Shown here: one piece after another, positions 62,328-63,630 of the stretch
Position numbering within the stretch: the stretch's first letter is position 1
Layout of the letters: every line of letters begins with the position of its first letter
Source: Desulfovibrio sp.
Lineage (GTDB): Bacteria; Desulfobacterota; Desulfovibrionia; Desulfovibrionales; Desulfovibrionaceae
DNA: 63,630 nucleotides
Assembly (NCBI GenBank): GCA_014804965.1
Contig: JAAUYU010000025.1
Span: 17,747 to 81,376 of the forward strand
Direction: 5' to 3'
The notes under the pieces: generated by a model
Told to the model about the DNA's origin: nothing
Database searches by the model: none
Seen by the model: only the letters and a program-made list of their open reading frames with translations
Program-made: the position numbers and the translations under genes

Positions 62328-63425
62328 TTATTTCACCCCGAGGAGCTTGAGGATACATTTCGCCATTTCCGGAGTTTCGGCCATATGCCCGTCAGGATGG
62401 GAATATACCCAGGCGGTGAGGCCCGAATCCGTCACCCGGTGGATGCCCTCCGGGAGTTCCTGCACGGGCCTGCCGGACACTGCGCTGTAAAATGGCAAAA
62501 AATGCTCCCGGTAGTGATGGCTGTCCTGAAGATTTTGGACCATGAAGAGCGTATTGCCGGAAAAATTTTTGCTGTCGGCCACGAGGTTCAGCCGGCTTGC
62601 GAAATTCCTGTTGATCTCTTCCGCTGCAAGGCCGGGAAATTCCAGCTGATAAAAGAGCGCGTTGTCCTCATAGCGGGAAATGTCTGTTTGCGCGTTGACG
62701 GCCACCGCCGTCGACCCCGGAAAATACCTGGCGAGCTGCATGGCGATAAAGCCGCCTGTGGAAGAACCCCAAAAACACAGGTTCCGGTCATCGATCTGCA
62801 AGGTTTTACAAAAAATTTCCAATACTTTGCTGAAATAGAGGGTGGCGTCCTCCTCCCTTGTTCCAAAAAACCAGCCCTTGCCAAGGCGCGGGTCAAGATG
62901 AAAGGTCGGGTCCGACACCACGAGTACATTCCCGGGGAACAGCCCCTGCGCGGCCCAGGCCCAGCGATAAAAGTGCGGCACCGGACTCTTGCCCGGCGTG
63001 ATGGCGCTGGGGCAGAGCACAAACAGGTTCTTGCTCCGCGCGGGGAAAAAAACAAAATCAAAGAGCTGGTTTTTGATTTTTCCCTGAAACGCCGTTATGG
63101 CCGACTGCGCGGAGGCGGCGCGCACCTTTTGCGTAAAAGCCTGAATATCCTGCGGATGCTCAAAGAAATAACAGTTTTCGGGCGCGAAATACCGATAGGC
63201 ATAGGTGGAGACGACCGTCTCGCCATTTTCCTCGGCATAGGTCTTCACCTGATAGATGCCGGGTTCTGTAACTTCGTAGGTGATTTGCGTATTTTTTACA
63301 AAATCCTGGACGATTACCCTGCCGAAATGGCTCACGGTATAGAGCACCTGGGCATCGGGGCGGTATTGCCCTGCAAGATCATAGGTGAGGATATTTTTCA
63401 TGGTGCGCCACGTGCGCAAAGGCAT
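62328..63425 (-). CDS. Alpha/beta-hydrolase-like protein of unknown function
   Basis: GSSTGG nucleophile-elbow (GxSxG) in the C-terminal half. The N-terminal about 90 aa look like a beta-sandwich. Lower GC than the neighbours. Start is either ATG 63425 or ATG 63401. Confidence 0.5.
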   Translation of the reverse strand: MPLRTWRTMKNILTYDLAGQYRPDAQVLYTVSHFGRVIVQDFVKNTQITYEVTEPGIYQVKTYAEENGETVVSTYAYRYFAPENCYFFEHPQDIQAFTQKVRAASAQSAITAFQGKIKNQLFDFVFFPARSKNLFVLCPSAITPGKSPVPHFYRWAWAAQGLFPGNVLVVSDPTFHLDPRLGKGWFFGTREEDATLYFSKVLEIFCKTLQIDDRNLCFWGSSTGGFIAMQLARYFPGSTAVAVNAQTDISRYEDNALFYQLEFPGLAAEEINRNFASRLNLVADSKNFSGNTLFMVQNLQDSHHYREHFLPFYSAVSGRPVQELPEGIHRVTDSGLTAWVYSHPDGHMAETPEMAKCILKLLGVK

Positions 63426-63444
63426 TTTGCGGGCAAGCCCGGCC

Positions 63445-63630
63445 TCACGCCCGCGGCGCGCCCGTGGAGGCGCGGGGCACGAGCTCGGGCCGGATATTGG
63501 GGCGCGCGGCCACTTCCGTGGCGTCCGTCTCCCCCGCCATCTTGCGGTAGAGGAGGCGGAAGGCCTCCTGCGCGTTGCGCGCCATGCTGTGCTCCACGCT
63601 CGTCAGGCTCACGCCCCCGAGGTCGGAGGG
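63445..63630 (-). CDS. C-terminal fragment of a LacI/PurR-type regulator (partial; runs off the window)
   Basis: Hand translation: ...GVSLTSVEHSMARNAQEAFRLLYRKMAGE...IRPELVPRASTGAPRA*. It matches the typical LacI-family C-terminus (xPxLVxRxST). Confidence 0.45.
   Translation of the reverse strand, partial: PSDLGGVSLTSVEHSMARNAQEAFRLLYRKMAGETDATEVAARPNIRPELVPRASTGAPRA

Noticed and set aside
1-63630. CRISPR arrays, rRNA genes, IS elements or transposases, toxin-antitoxin pairs and prophage structural genes.
   Set aside because: I saw no regularly spaced repeats, no rRNA-like conserved stretches, no DDE or serine-recombinase-like ORFs, and no small paired ORFs with TA-like features.

Overview
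This is a 63.6-kb chromosomal window from a high-GC bacterium. Sampled backbone lines run about 65-73% GC. The gene content looks Desulfovibrionaceae-like, but that is inference from protein families, not a database result. I support about 50 genes.

Left arm (1-18.1 kb), mostly housekeeping or metabolic: a DAACS transporter, an Asp/Glu-type racemase, a DcyD/ACC-deaminase-family PLP enzyme, an NhaC-type transporter, a GntR regulator, an EamA exporter and an LbH acetyltransferase. On the minus strand there is a translationally coupled operon (CbiR-like TIM barrel, DHH phosphoesterase, AlkA-like glycosylase, TIM-barrel isomerase, SDR) preceded by an M16C peptidase. aroC and recD2 follow.

tRNA-Val(TAC) at 18186-18261 is followed by a lower-GC accessory segment (about 18.3-26.7 kb). 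It carries a TRAP transporter, an amidohydrolase_2 enzyme, an OYE/FadH-type flavoenzyme and a LysR regulator.

A second TRAP system (28.5-31.4 kb) sits with a LarA-family racemase homolog, a family III CoA-transferase, an HMG-CoA-lyase-like enzyme and an SDR. I read this as a candidate alpha-hydroxy-acid pathway.

Next come a ZIP metal transporter, a lipoprotein-type MsrA-MsrB fusion, a cupin protein and a 1057-aa autotransporter.

The most unusual region is an AT-rich, compositionally mosaic five-gene minus-strand operon (43.36-51.31 kb) that lies toward the 3' end of tRNA-Ala(CGC) (52413-52488). It encodes:
- a wHTH-LicC-LicA tri-domain protein (choline-type kinase plus cytidylyltransferase);
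- a 40-aa membrane peptide;
- an SSS symporter;
- a TagF-like CDP-alcohol phosphotransferase;
- a 979-aa fusion of a YidC/Oxa1-like insertase domain, a polytopic membrane block and a sulfatase/LtaS-like domain.
I propose it as a candidate, apparently undescribed, envelope phospho-alcohol (phosphocholine-type) decoration or polymer system.

The right arm holds two hybrid histidine kinases (one overlapped by an orphan lipoprotein solute-binding protein), a cupin gene broken by an in-frame TAA, a CMD-family protein, a lower-GC alpha/beta-hydrolase-like gene and a partial LacI-type regulator.

I saw no rRNA, CRISPR array, transposase or intact integrase. All functional calls rest on motif and family recognition by eye. 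No searches were run.
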